From Bdellovibrionales bacterium (lineage in GTDB: Bacteria > Bdellovibrionota_C > UBA2361 > SZUA-149 > JAGRAN01): DNA of 64,000 nt. The position numbers were made by a program, and so were the translations under genes. Where the stretch lies: the NCBI GenBank assembly GCA_020434585.1, contig JAGRAN010000043.1:1157-65156 (forward strand), read 5' to 3'. The notes below the pieces were generated by a model, which was not told where the DNA came from, did not search any database, and saw only the letters and a program-made list of their open reading frames with translations. Shown here piece after piece: positions 37,651 through 45,972 of the stretch. Each line of letters starts with the position of its first letter. Position 1 is the first letter of the stretch.

Positions 37651-39072
37651 CTAATTCCCCCGATAGTTTGACACGCCGTCTCTTCTTGAGCGGTTTCTCT
37701 GGCGCTTCGTGCTGTATGTTTCCCAATCAGAGCGCTTCCAAAACAAGTATTGCTCCGCAGACTGCCAAATGCTGCGACCGGGAATTCGTTCCGAGCCTGA
37801 GTCGACCTCGTATCTTGTAGTTATCCCTTGCTCACGCGCGTAGTCTTCTAGGTATTGCTTGAATTGCGTTGCTCCGTAAAGCACGTCTCCACCCTCGAGA
37901 AAAACAAGTCTAACATCGGTTTTTACAAAGTTATACATGTCGATAGATACATCTTTTGCGAGCGGTGACGGTTTCAGTCCGTCCGGGAAAAGCTCGTTTG
38001 TGTCTAGCCTGAGAAAATTTGACGAAGCGGCAAACGCGCGCGCAATGCGCTTGGGATGAGTCATGACAAACCTCTGGACAAAAGCACCGCCACCGCCAAT
38101 GCCGTACAGATACATTTCGCGCGCCTCGATGTCGGCTTCTTTTGCAACGTATTCGGCAACATCAAGAAATACTTTGTCCGCTCTACGTCCTCCGAGATTA
38201 AATGTCCCATAGTTTGGAAAGGTCAGGAAGTCGTAGTGAACCACCAGCGTGGCCAAACCGTGGTCACGGGCACGCTTCTGGCAGTACGCGAAGACCGAGT
38301 CCCAATCTAAGTCATAGTCGTGAAAGCACGCAAGGAGACGCGGCTTGTCGCCGTTTCGCGCTCGGACCGTAGGATAGTAAAACTGATAGTCTACTCCCTG
38401 ATACCTACGCACGTCGCGTTCACCGGCTTTATTGACGGGATCAATTTTCTCGGTGTCCAGCTCGCCCTTCGCAAATGCGATGGCGTGATTGATCGCGAGA
38501 GTGACTTTCGGTTCGTCAATACGAGCTCCCGCCTGCTCCAACGCATACATTGCTTCCCGGCTTCCTAGTATCCCTAAAGCCTGCGCCGCGGCGTAGCGAA
38601 CCCTTGGTTTAGCTGAGCGGTCTACCAAAATCTTAGTTAAACGGGGGACAGCCCACTTATGCTTAAGCTTGCCAAGAGTAAGTACTGCCTCAATCTGCAC
38701 ATCTTCGCTGCCTTCCAAAGTGTACTTCTCGACCAGTTTGCCAGCTCTCGGATCGGCGACCACTCCAAGCGAAGCGAGTATTGATCGCTGCGCTCTCTCG
38801 CTCGAAGCCAGCGGAAGCGCCTCAATCAATCGAAAAAAATCTGTTTTATCTACCAGTTCGGGAAGGGCCAGCGACGCTTCAATCACACCAGCTTCGTCAT
38901 CTCCCATCAGTCTTTGTAAAACAGCCGAGACCAACGCACCGTGATCCTCAGGCGCAGCATCTTGGGCGGCTGCAAAACTTACCGGGGCAAAGAATAGTGA
39001 AAATATAAAAAATGCAAGAAATTTCATGAAGACCCGCGTCGCGTCTGTAAGCAATCCATTTGAGAGTATCAA
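37651..39072 (-). CDS. HEAT-repeat protein fused to alpha/beta-hydrolase-like (esterase/depolymerase-like) domain
   Basis: Signal peptide. PBS-lyase-type HEAT repeats (PRVRYAAAQALGILG). A C-terminal hydrolase-like region carries GIGGGG where GxSxG is expected. Confidence 0.55.
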   Translation of the reverse strand: MILSNGLLTDATRVFMKFLAFFIFSLFFAPVSFAAAQDAAPEDHGALVSAVLQRLMGDDEAGVIEASLALPELVDKTDFFRLIEALPLASSERAQRSILASLGVVADPRAGKLVEKYTLEGSEDVQIEAVLTLGKLKHKWAVPRLTKILVDRSAKPRVRYAAAQALGILGSREAMYALEQAGARIDEPKVTLAINHAIAFAKGELDTEKIDPVNKAGERDVRRYQGVDYQFYYPTVRARNGDKPRLLACFHDYDLDWDSVFAYCQKRARDHGLATLVVHYDFLTFPNYGTFNLGGRRADKVFLDVAEYVAKEADIEAREMYLYGIGGGGAFVQRFVMTHPKRIARAFAASSNFLRLDTNELFPDGLKPSPLAKDVSIDMYNFVKTDVRLVFLEGGDVLYGATQFKQYLEDYAREQGITTRYEVDSGSERIPGRSIWQSAEQYLFWKRSDWETYSTKRQRNRSRRDGVSNYRGN

Positions 39073-39159
39073 TCAGCCCAGCAGCGTGACAAGCAAATGA
39101 GAGCGCTTGGCTTTAATCAATACCGAACTTCCTCCGTCCTATGTTAGACTCGCGCTGCA

Positions 39160-39447
39160 ATGAATTCTTCAAATTCGGGCTGTGCTCATTTCAGGGTCGC
39201 CGACCCGGTCGGCTGGCGCAAGGTCGACGATCGGGTTGTCGTAGCTGATGTCTTTAGCGGTCGTTCCTTTATCCTAGAAGACGTGGAGGCCTTTATTTGG
39301 CAGCATATTGCTGAGAATCAGCCTGTCGCAGAGATCGTCTCCCTGATCTGTCAAGCATACAGCGTCGATCGAACCACGGCGGAAGCTGACCTAGCTGAGT
39401 TTATTGCGCAGCTCGTAGATGCCGAGCTAATTACCGGTGCCGAATAA
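39160..39447 (+). CDS. PqqD-family protein (RiPP recognition element-like peptide chaperone)
   Basis: 95 aa. Typical PqqD pattern (hydrophobic core, EDVEAFIWQHIAENQPVAEIVSLI...LAEFIAQLVDAELI). Confidence 0.8.
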   Translation: MNSSNSGCAHFRVADPVGWRKVDDRVVVADVFSGRSFILEDVEAFIWQHIAENQPVAEIVSLICQAYSVDRTTAEADLAEFIAQLVDAELITGAE

Positions 39448-41378
39448 TGTCCCTCAAGAGTTCCATTCCCAAGTTCGACGCGAAAATAAGTCAAGCGGTA
39501 GCGGAGATAGTGAGGGAGAAACTTGAAGCTGGACGCACGTTCCGTCTGGCCATCCAAACCCCCAGCATGTCCCCACTGATCACTCCAGGCGATGTCGTGC
39601 AAGTTCAAGGTAAAAATTTGACCGATATAAAACGAGGCGAAGTGGTCTGCTATAAACTACTCGGGGGATTTGGCGTACACAGAGTCGTCATTCCGTTCAG
39701 ATCTGAGAGCAAAACAATTACCACCCGCGGAGAACGCAATCTTGAAAATGACTATCCGATATCTGAGCAGGAATATATTGGAGTCGTTCGTGCGGTCGAA
39801 AGAGACGGTGAAGTAATTCACCTAGATACAATTCGCGGCAAATTCTTTGACTGGCGCTGCTGGCTCAGTGCCTCAAAGAAGCGCTTCGAGGCGCTTTCGC
39901 GCAAAAAGCTTGCGCGTATCGTTGTTCGCACACAAACGTTCCGACCGTTGCGTGCACTTTACGAATCTTTATATACACTGGGCCTCAATTCTTGGGTCAG
40001 ATTGCTGCCGCGGAAGAATCAAGTTAAAGCGGTGTTTGTCTATGGAAGCATGGCTGTAAAACGGATCATTCCTGGCTTAAGTGATATCGACTTAGTGGTC
40101 ATAGTTAAGCCGGAGAAAAAAGAAGACCTCTTTCCACTGCTAAGCTCGATTCACAAATATCACTACCGCATGATGCGCTGCTTCCCGTTTATATCACCAC
40201 CTAAGGTTTGCACTGAGAACGAATTCCGTAATTGGAACCGTTTCGGCAACTTCTACTTTCAGGATCACAAACGCTCAAAACTAATGTTCGGGGTAGATGA
40301 CCGTCCTGCCCCAATTTATGGAACGCCGATAAAACGGGAGCGAGACTTCGTTCATTTGCTAACCTTCGCGCACGGCTACTTTATCAATCATGCGTATGCG
40401 ATTATTTCCGGCACCGCATCCAAGCGCGATTACAATTCAATTGCAAAGCATGCGTCAGATATTCTCCGATATGCCGAGCAGGTATACATGACGATCGAGT
40501 CATACAGCGATCTTCCGATCAGTCGTGATGAGTTTCTTCGCTGGATTAAGAAGAAACACCCGAAAACAGAACGTGAAGCGATTGCTGAGCTGGCTGAAAG
40601 AGCCCGGATGTCAAATTCCGCACCCCAATCAGAACGTGCACTTCTCGCCGCGGAACTTTTCCTCCGCACGGTAAACGAAATGGTCTCGTTTGTTAAGTCA
40701 TCTTTCGCAATCTGGAGCTTTCTGCCAAACCCAGCAATCAAACTGTCCGAAGCGATGCTCGACAATGTTAGAATTCAACTCGTTGAAAGTAGTGTCCAAA
40801 AATTTACAACTAATAAATTTCAGCCGCTACTCGGCATTCTAATCGAGGCCGATACCACTCCTGAAGATTTGGTAAACAAAGTCGTCAAACTTCGTGAACA
40901 TGCAAGGCACACGGCCGCTCATCCGCTTCTCGTACACAGCAAGATGTTCAAGCTGATCAAAGCTTTGAATTCTAGTTCATATTTCGAAATGAGGGCGAAG
41001 GGTCAAATTTCCGAACTCGACTTCTGGCAGTGCCTTTGCGCCCAGCTGCTTGACCTTCAGACTTACGGATGGATTTCAGGAAAATACCCCGAGATTTCTA
41101 ACCGCCTGCACAGCATGAATATTCAACTCTTACTAAACCTGCGCTATGCACTTCGTTACGAATATCTGGAAGGCAGATTTAGCAGCGGATTTCAGATTGT
41201 TCCGCCTACGAGTGATCCACTCTCCGAGCCAATTAAAAACTTCATCCACGACATAAGCAGTGGAAACGAGTGGCTTTACCGCAGTGATTTTTGCAGCAAA
41301 TACTATCTCCTGGCCCGGGAAGTTTGGGACGAAGTGTATGCTCTAGCTCAGAATGGCTTAAAACAAAACGAAATCTGA
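39447..41378 (+). CDS. Fusion protein: S24/S26-type Ser-Lys peptidase domain + Pol-beta-superfamily nucleotidyltransferase + C-terminal helical domain (643 aa)
   Basis: Residues 38-65 TPSMSPLITPGDVVQV...DIKRGEVV match the SPase-I/LexA catalytic Ser and Lys. The domain ends in IGVVRAVERDG. Residues 195-216 VFVYGSMAVKRIIPGLSDIDLVVIV carry the NTase GS...DxD motif. Start overlaps the PqqD stop (ATGA). Confidence 0.75.
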   Translation: MSLKSSIPKFDAKISQAVAEIVREKLEAGRTFRLAIQTPSMSPLITPGDVVQVQGKNLTDIKRGEVVCYKLLGGFGVHRVVIPFRSESKTITTRGERNLENDYPISEQEYIGVVRAVERDGEVIHLDTIRGKFFDWRCWLSASKKRFEALSRKKLARIVVRTQTFRPLRALYESLYTLGLNSWVRLLPRKNQVKAVFVYGSMAVKRIIPGLSDIDLVVIVKPEKKEDLFPLLSSIHKYHYRMMRCFPFISPPKVCTENEFRNWNRFGNFYFQDHKRSKLMFGVDDRPAPIYGTPIKRERDFVHLLTFAHGYFINHAYAIISGTASKRDYNSIAKHASDILRYAEQVYMTIESYSDLPISRDEFLRWIKKKHPKTEREAIAELAERARMSNSAPQSERALLAAELFLRTVNEMVSFVKSSFAIWSFLPNPAIKLSEAMLDNVRIQLVESSVQKFTTNKFQPLLGILIEADTTPEDLVNKVVKLREHARHTAAHPLLVHSKMFKLIKALNSSSYFEMRAKGQISELDFWQCLCAQLLDLQTYGWISGKYPEISNRLHSMNIQLLLNLRYALRYEYLEGRFSSGFQIVPPTSDPLSEPIKNFIHDISSGNEWLYRSDFCSKYYLLAREVWDEVYALAQNGLKQNEI

Positions 41379-41398
41379 ATCGCTAGTTGGTATGAGAA

Positions 41399-41590
41399 CT
41401 ACATTTCAAGATTGATAAATTCGCCAGAATAGCCTAGCGAGCCCTCTTCAACCAGCTCGCCAGCCTCGTTTAGCGTTTCGATGGACGTAGCTCCGAAGCC
41501 TTCCACCTTCGACCCGTTCTCTAGGCAAGGCTTGTTGTATGCTTTGCGATCTTGGATTTTAAGCGTGCTGGTATTGTTTACTTCTGACAT
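41399..41590 (-). CDS. Candidate small acidic peptide (63 aa), possible precursor/substrate peptide
   Basis: MSEVNNTSTLKIQDRKAYNKPCLENGSKVEGFGATSIETLNEAGELVEEGSLGYSGEFINLEM. SD GAGAGGA lies 7 nt upstream. It is first in the minus-strand string peptide->ABC->kinase, and convergent with the fusion gene. Confidence 0.5.
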   Translation of the reverse strand: MSEVNNTSTLKIQDRKAYNKPCLENGSKVEGFGATSIETLNEAGELVEEGSLGYSGEFINLEM

Positions 41591-41687
41591 GCGTTTGGTC
41601 CTCTCGTTAACCCTGCTCTAGGAAACCATCTTAATTCTAGCACAGCAAACGCGATAAATTCAATAAAAATGATGTGTTTTTGGACAT

Positions 41688-42410
41688 TTAAACCTCAAGC
41701 CCCGCCTCTGAAATCGCCCGTTCAAGCGAGTCAAAAGCCTTGAAATTACCCTCATGATAAACTAGCAATTTGGTGCAAATTTCTCTAATGATTTCGAGAT
41801 CATGGGATGCCACTAAGCACCCCCCACCCTTTTGCGAAAAGCGCTTTATTTGTTCGCAGCAGTGTCTCTTAGCTTGGAGATCGAGCGATCGTTCGAATTC
41901 GTCGAGGAGCAGAATTTCCGCCGCAGAATGTTGGACGATGCTGAAAGCAAGTCGCGCACGCATCCCAGGGCTAAGGAGGCGAATTTGAGTATCTGCTTCG
42001 ACGTCAATTCCGCTTGATTTAATTACGTCCGCAGCAGCTATGGCTAAATTAACCGGCACCCGCATCAATGCACTACAAAGGTCTATATTCTCTTTAACAT
42101 CTAGTTCCGCACTGAAATACGCATTGGGAGACATAAATGGCATCACCCCCGCAGTTATATTTACAGCACCTTCATCCGGCGCATAGATACCGGCAGCAAG
42201 CCGTAGAATTGTGGACTTACCTGAACCGTTTGGCCCAACAATCCCAATTATATCACCTGGGCCGAGCGCGAAGCTCAGCGGCTGTAAAACTTGTTTTGAC
42301 TCATGTTTACTCGGTCTTAGTCGAGCCAATGCCCAAGCAACAAACCGCTCCCTCTTCCACCAAGTCGGAAATGATTTTACCACACTATCAAACTGAAGCA
42401 GTGCGCTCAT
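41688..42410 (-). CDS. ABC transporter ATP-binding protein (ABC-2/Wzt-like, short)
   Basis: Walker A GPNGSGKST. ABC signature LSPGMRARLAF. Walker B ILLLDE. Start set at the internal Met (MSALLQFDSVVKSF), giving a 4-nt overlap with the permease stop. Confidence 0.85.
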   Translation of the reverse strand: MSALLQFDSVVKSFPTWWKRERFVAWALARLRPSKHESKQVLQPLSFALGPGDIIGIVGPNGSGKSTILRLAAGIYAPDEGAVNITAGVMPFMSPNAYFSAELDVKENIDLCSALMRVPVNLAIAAADVIKSSGIDVEADTQIRLLSPGMRARLAFSIVQHSAAEILLLDEFERSLDLQAKRHCCEQIKRFSQKGGGCLVASHDLEIIREICTKLLVYHEGNFKAFDSLERAISEAGLEV

Positions 42411-43192
42411 ACCACCTCCGCCACACGCTGCTTTAGACCGTGCGCAACTGCAGCGCCGACTGCAAACACAATTAAAGCGAACAACACAGCGTACCCAACT
42501 GACCACAACGCAAGAACACCACTCTCGCCCACGCCACTGCGAGCAAGGCGAAAAACGTGCGTAAGCGGATTAAGCTGAAGCCAGCTTATTCGCCGGCCTA
42601 CAAATACTTCGGGGTAGAATATTGGAGTTGCAAAAAAAGCGATCCGAGAAACTATGCCCCAAAGGTAGGGGGTATCTCTAATAAACACGTTAGCAACTGA
42701 AAGCAGCAAAGCTAGTCCGGAACAAACTAGCAGCAACAGCACTGCTGCGACGCAATAGCCGGCGAAAATTGCTGCTCCGTGCATACCATTCAGGTAACTG
42801 ACTAACAGCAAAACTAAGACGCTCTCTAAACAAAATGCCCCAAAAACCGCAGCAACTGGAGACAAGACAACTATCCAAAACGGTACACTCATGGATCGCA
42901 GCCATTCACGGCGAGTAAGTGCGGAAGACATGCCAGCACTAGTCGCTCGCGAAAAGAAACCCCACATAACGAGGCCAACTAACAGAAATGTCCCATAGCC
43001 GCTTTGGTACTTTTCGAAAGCAGGTCCGAGAAACGCGTAAATGATGCACCAGCTCAGCAAAGGGCTGAATAAGGTCATCATAAATCCCGCGAAACTGGAT
43101 TGATCACGGCTTCTCCACTCTGCTAGCACAAGCCTGACAAAAAGTTTCCAGTTTGTGAGCTGTTTCGATTTCAAACTAAGCGCGACCCTCAA
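42407..43192 (-). CDS. ABC-2 type transporter permease
   Basis: 261 aa with six predicted TM helices. Adjacent and translationally coupled to the ATPase. Confidence 0.8.
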   Translation of the reverse strand: MRVALSLKSKQLTNWKLFVRLVLAEWRSRDQSSFAGFMMTLFSPLLSWCIIYAFLGPAFEKYQSGYGTFLLVGLVMWGFFSRATSAGMSSALTRREWLRSMSVPFWIVVLSPVAAVFGAFCLESVLVLLLVSYLNGMHGAAIFAGYCVAAVLLLLVCSGLALLLSVANVFIRDTPYLWGIVSRIAFFATPIFYPEVFVGRRISWLQLNPLTHVFRLARSGVGESGVLALWSVGYAVLFALIVFAVGAAVAHGLKQRVAEVV

Positions 43193-44198
43193 GAAGAAGC
43201 TTCAATATCAATTCTCGATTTCGCTCCAGATCGCGAGAAAGATAAACGCGATAGCATTTGCTGCGAACTGAAATTACCAAGCTCGCATAAATTCGCGACC
43301 ACGCCAGCATCATTTTGCTCAACGTGTCGCGAGTCGTTGACTGCAAAAAAAATTCCACAATTTGCGGCAAGCCAAGGCCAAAAACACAGTCGCGCAAGAG
43401 CGCCCTAAACGCCGAGAAAACTCCTATCGCTGAGACAGAGGGATTCTCAGCGGCTGTCCACTGCCCAACGATCAGTATTCTCGGGGGCACAGCTGAATTC
43501 ACATGGACTTTATCGCCAAACGCATCAAGGCTAATCAACGTCTTGGGCTCCCTGTTCTCCCTAGAAAAAGAGCGAAGAAACTGTTTCGGCACAGAATCGG
43601 GTTCATCTCCGGTTCTGACCCCCAAGCGCACCGGAAATGGCAGCACCGTCCCCGCTCTGGAAATAAGCGGAGTGTCGTCAGACAGAAGCTTGAAGCCGGG
43701 TTCAGACATCAGGGCCAGGCCCAGCGTCGATTTTCCGCCGTGCATTGGAAGCAGTACTAACGCAGCTCCCTCCGGAGTAGATAGTCCAAGGGCATGAACT
43801 CTGTGAATTCCTCTGCGGTCCAATAGCTCGCCGACACGGGACAATACTATTAGGTAAAGCTTTTCGTAGACGAAGTCTCTATTAGTACCGACAATTTCAA
43901 CATGCTCGCTAGTTCGATGGTGAATTGCGAGTGCCTTTCCGAAGTAATCTACGTAACGCACACTACCACTGTCATAACAAACATATTCGGGACTATGCAT
44001 GCTGGCTGATACTGGTGGTATCAATCCCCACTGCGGCTCTGCCAGCACAGCCTTAACGCTAACATCAGGGTTGTCAATTGCTTCAGACCTAAGGCAGCCG
44101 CAATCAAACTCTAGCCACTGCTGAAGCTGCTTGTCGTCGGTGTCCACCCGAACGCTCACGCCATGAAATAAGAAAAACTGTGTCGCCCCTCCTGCCAT
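43176..44198 (-). CDS. HprK-related P-loop kinase (HPr kinase C-terminal-domain-like)
   Basis: LVLLPMHGGKSTLGLALM P-loop followed by LLSDDTPLI. This resembles the HprK C-terminal kinase fold used by peptide-tailoring kinases. It overlaps the permease start by 17 nt. Confidence 0.7.
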   Translation of the reverse strand: MAGGATQFFLFHGVSVRVDTDDKQLQQWLEFDCGCLRSEAIDNPDVSVKAVLAEPQWGLIPPVSASMHSPEYVCYDSGSVRYVDYFGKALAIHHRTSEHVEIVGTNRDFVYEKLYLIVLSRVGELLDRRGIHRVHALGLSTPEGAALVLLPMHGGKSTLGLALMSEPGFKLLSDDTPLISRAGTVLPFPVRLGVRTGDEPDSVPKQFLRSFSRENREPKTLISLDAFGDKVHVNSAVPPRILIVGQWTAAENPSVSAIGVFSAFRALLRDCVFGLGLPQIVEFFLQSTTRDTLSKMMLAWSRIYASLVISVRSKCYRVYLSRDLERNRELILKLLLEGRA

Positions 44199-44283
44199 CC
44201 TCGAATCGTATCACTCGCTACCCGGACCCAACAAGCGGATCAATCATCGACTACCCTACCGGCAAATTGCTATGCTTTAGTTC

Positions 44284-45972
44284 ATGTCACCCGCAGGCAG
44301 CGACTCAACTATTGGAATCTCTCGCTCGGAATTGAGCGCAAGGGCTCACCGTGCCCTAATCTGTCGAATCTTCCTGACAGCCTTCGTAACTTACGCTGTT
44401 TTTATCAATTTCTTCGGTTGGAATGAGGCAGCTGGTCTAGCTATGACGCGGAGCCTCGCCGATCAGAGACAATTCGAGATCGACTCATACTGTAATCTCC
44501 CGGGAGCCGGCGAAAGAAGATTTTTCGAATTCACCGGCGATAGAGCTTACTTTAACAATCACTTTTATTCGACCAGAGCTCCGCTTGGGCCTATCTTAGG
44601 CATTCCAGCCTACCTGACGTATCGCACATATTATATGTTGCGATATGGTCACAACGTCGTTGGCCATGGCTTTCCGGAAAAATTCCTGCCAAGCGTTTAT
44701 TTTTGGGTAACAGCCAGTACAAGCTGTTTGTTCGGTGCGCTGCTTACCGTTCTAATTTTTGATTTCTCAAGACACTTTTTGAGAAACACTAACTCACGAA
44801 TATTTGCCGCCCTTCTTTTTTCTTTTGGTACATTAATATTTAACTTTAGCACAGTTGCCTTTCCTCACACCCCAAGTGCATTCTTTGTTTTTGTATCGTT
44901 CTACCTGCTTTACGAACTACAGTCGCCAACTGGATGCATGCGGCTGAAAAACAAGCCAAATCTTAGCGCGTTCTTTTCCGCAGCCGCTTTTGGATGCGCT
45001 GTCCTTCATCACTATCTTGTCGCGACAATGGGGCCGGCTTTTTTAATGTACGTTCTAATGAGTGAGCACCGAAGAAAACTTATCTTCCCTTGGCTTCTCG
45101 GCGCAGCAATTACAGCTAGTCTTTTCGGCGCCTACAACTATGAAATATTCAAGACGCCCTTCGATTGGACGCAGAACCATGAAGATAGCCAAATATTTAG
45201 TAGGGGGAGCGACGAGCCCTTAACTCAGCAAACGAAAACCCTTATCAAGAAAATTCCGAGAATTGAATGGACTATATCCGATCGACTAATCCAAGTTTTT
45301 AAGCGTGTGGCCAAAAGGAGGATGTTTCTTCGCGCTACGCGCTTAATGATATATCCGTACCGTGGACTTTTACTTTATAATCCACTGCTAATCTTCGCGT
45401 TCGTAGGTCTTTTCATTCTTTGCCACACCAACTTTAAGTCAGCATTGGCAATCCTCTTTGCGTTTGGCCTAACTCTTTTTTTCAATGCGCTTCACACAGA
45501 TTGGTGGGGTGGTGGCAGCTTCGGGCCTCGTTTTCTAGTGCCGACCATTCCGTTGCTGTTTGTTGGACTTTTAGAATTTCTCCGCTGGGTACGCACGGCA
45601 CGGAACCGAAAGGTTTGGACCGCTATTTTCGGATTTGTTTTGCTCTTTAATTGTGTCACTATTTGGAGCGGACTGCGGGACTGGGTGTATCATGTTGGCC
45701 AACCGCTCGACAGTAATGCTCAAATAATGATGAACGCACTCAAAACCCACCAACAGCTAATGCTCGAGTTTTCGCTTCCCAAAAGCCCGCTGTTCACTAC
45801 CTATGTACCAGGCTTGTTTTCTGATGGAGTGAAAAGCGTCGTACTAGAGGGAATGCAGGGCTCGTCTTGGTCGTTTCCGAACAATGTGCTGTATCTAGTT
45901 GGCGTGCTCACCCTAATATGGCTGCCTTTCAATCGCCTCACTTTAAAAAACCTTAAAGGCGTCCGTGGATAG
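44284..45972 (+). CDS. Polytopic membrane protein, GT-C-like (ArnT/PMT/YfhO-like) putative glycosyltransferase
   Basis: 562 aa with at least 10 TM helices. The first periplasmic loop has acidic/aromatic motifs (FEIDSY...RAPLGPILGIPAYLTY). Confidence 0.5.
   Translation: MSPAGSDSTIGISRSELSARAHRALICRIFLTAFVTYAVFINFFGWNEAAGLAMTRSLADQRQFEIDSYCNLPGAGERRFFEFTGDRAYFNNHFYSTRAPLGPILGIPAYLTYRTYYMLRYGHNVVGHGFPEKFLPSVYFWVTASTSCLFGALLTVLIFDFSRHFLRNTNSRIFAALLFSFGTLIFNFSTVAFPHTPSAFFVFVSFYLLYELQSPTGCMRLKNKPNLSAFFSAAAFGCAVLHHYLVATMGPAFLMYVLMSEHRRKLIFPWLLGAAITASLFGAYNYEIFKTPFDWTQNHEDSQIFSRGSDEPLTQQTKTLIKKIPRIEWTISDRLIQVFKRVAKRRMFLRATRLMIYPYRGLLLYNPLLIFAFVGLFILCHTNFKSALAILFAFGLTLFFNALHTDWWGGGSFGPRFLVPTIPLLFVGLLEFLRWVRTARNRKVWTAIFGFVLLFNCVTIWSGLRDWVYHVGQPLDSNAQIMMNALKTHQQLMLEFSLPKSPLFTTYVPGLFSDGVKSVVLEGMQGSSWSFPNNVLYLVGVLTLIWLPFNRLTLKNLKGVRG

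Noticed and set aside
42411-42506. 32-aa Cys/Arg-rich N-terminal extension of the ABC ATPase
   Set aside because: It overlaps the permease coding end by 100 nt. The internal Met gives a canonical ATPase N-terminus and a 4-nt coupling overlap.
43315-43797. 160-aa plus-strand ORF
   Set aside because: It is antisense within the HprK-related kinase gene.
39160-44198. Calling the cassette a lasso peptide cluster
   Set aside because: No asparagine-synthetase-like cyclase and no transglutaminase-like B2 protease. The candidate peptide lacks typical lasso core features. It is described as RiPP-like/peptide-modification only.
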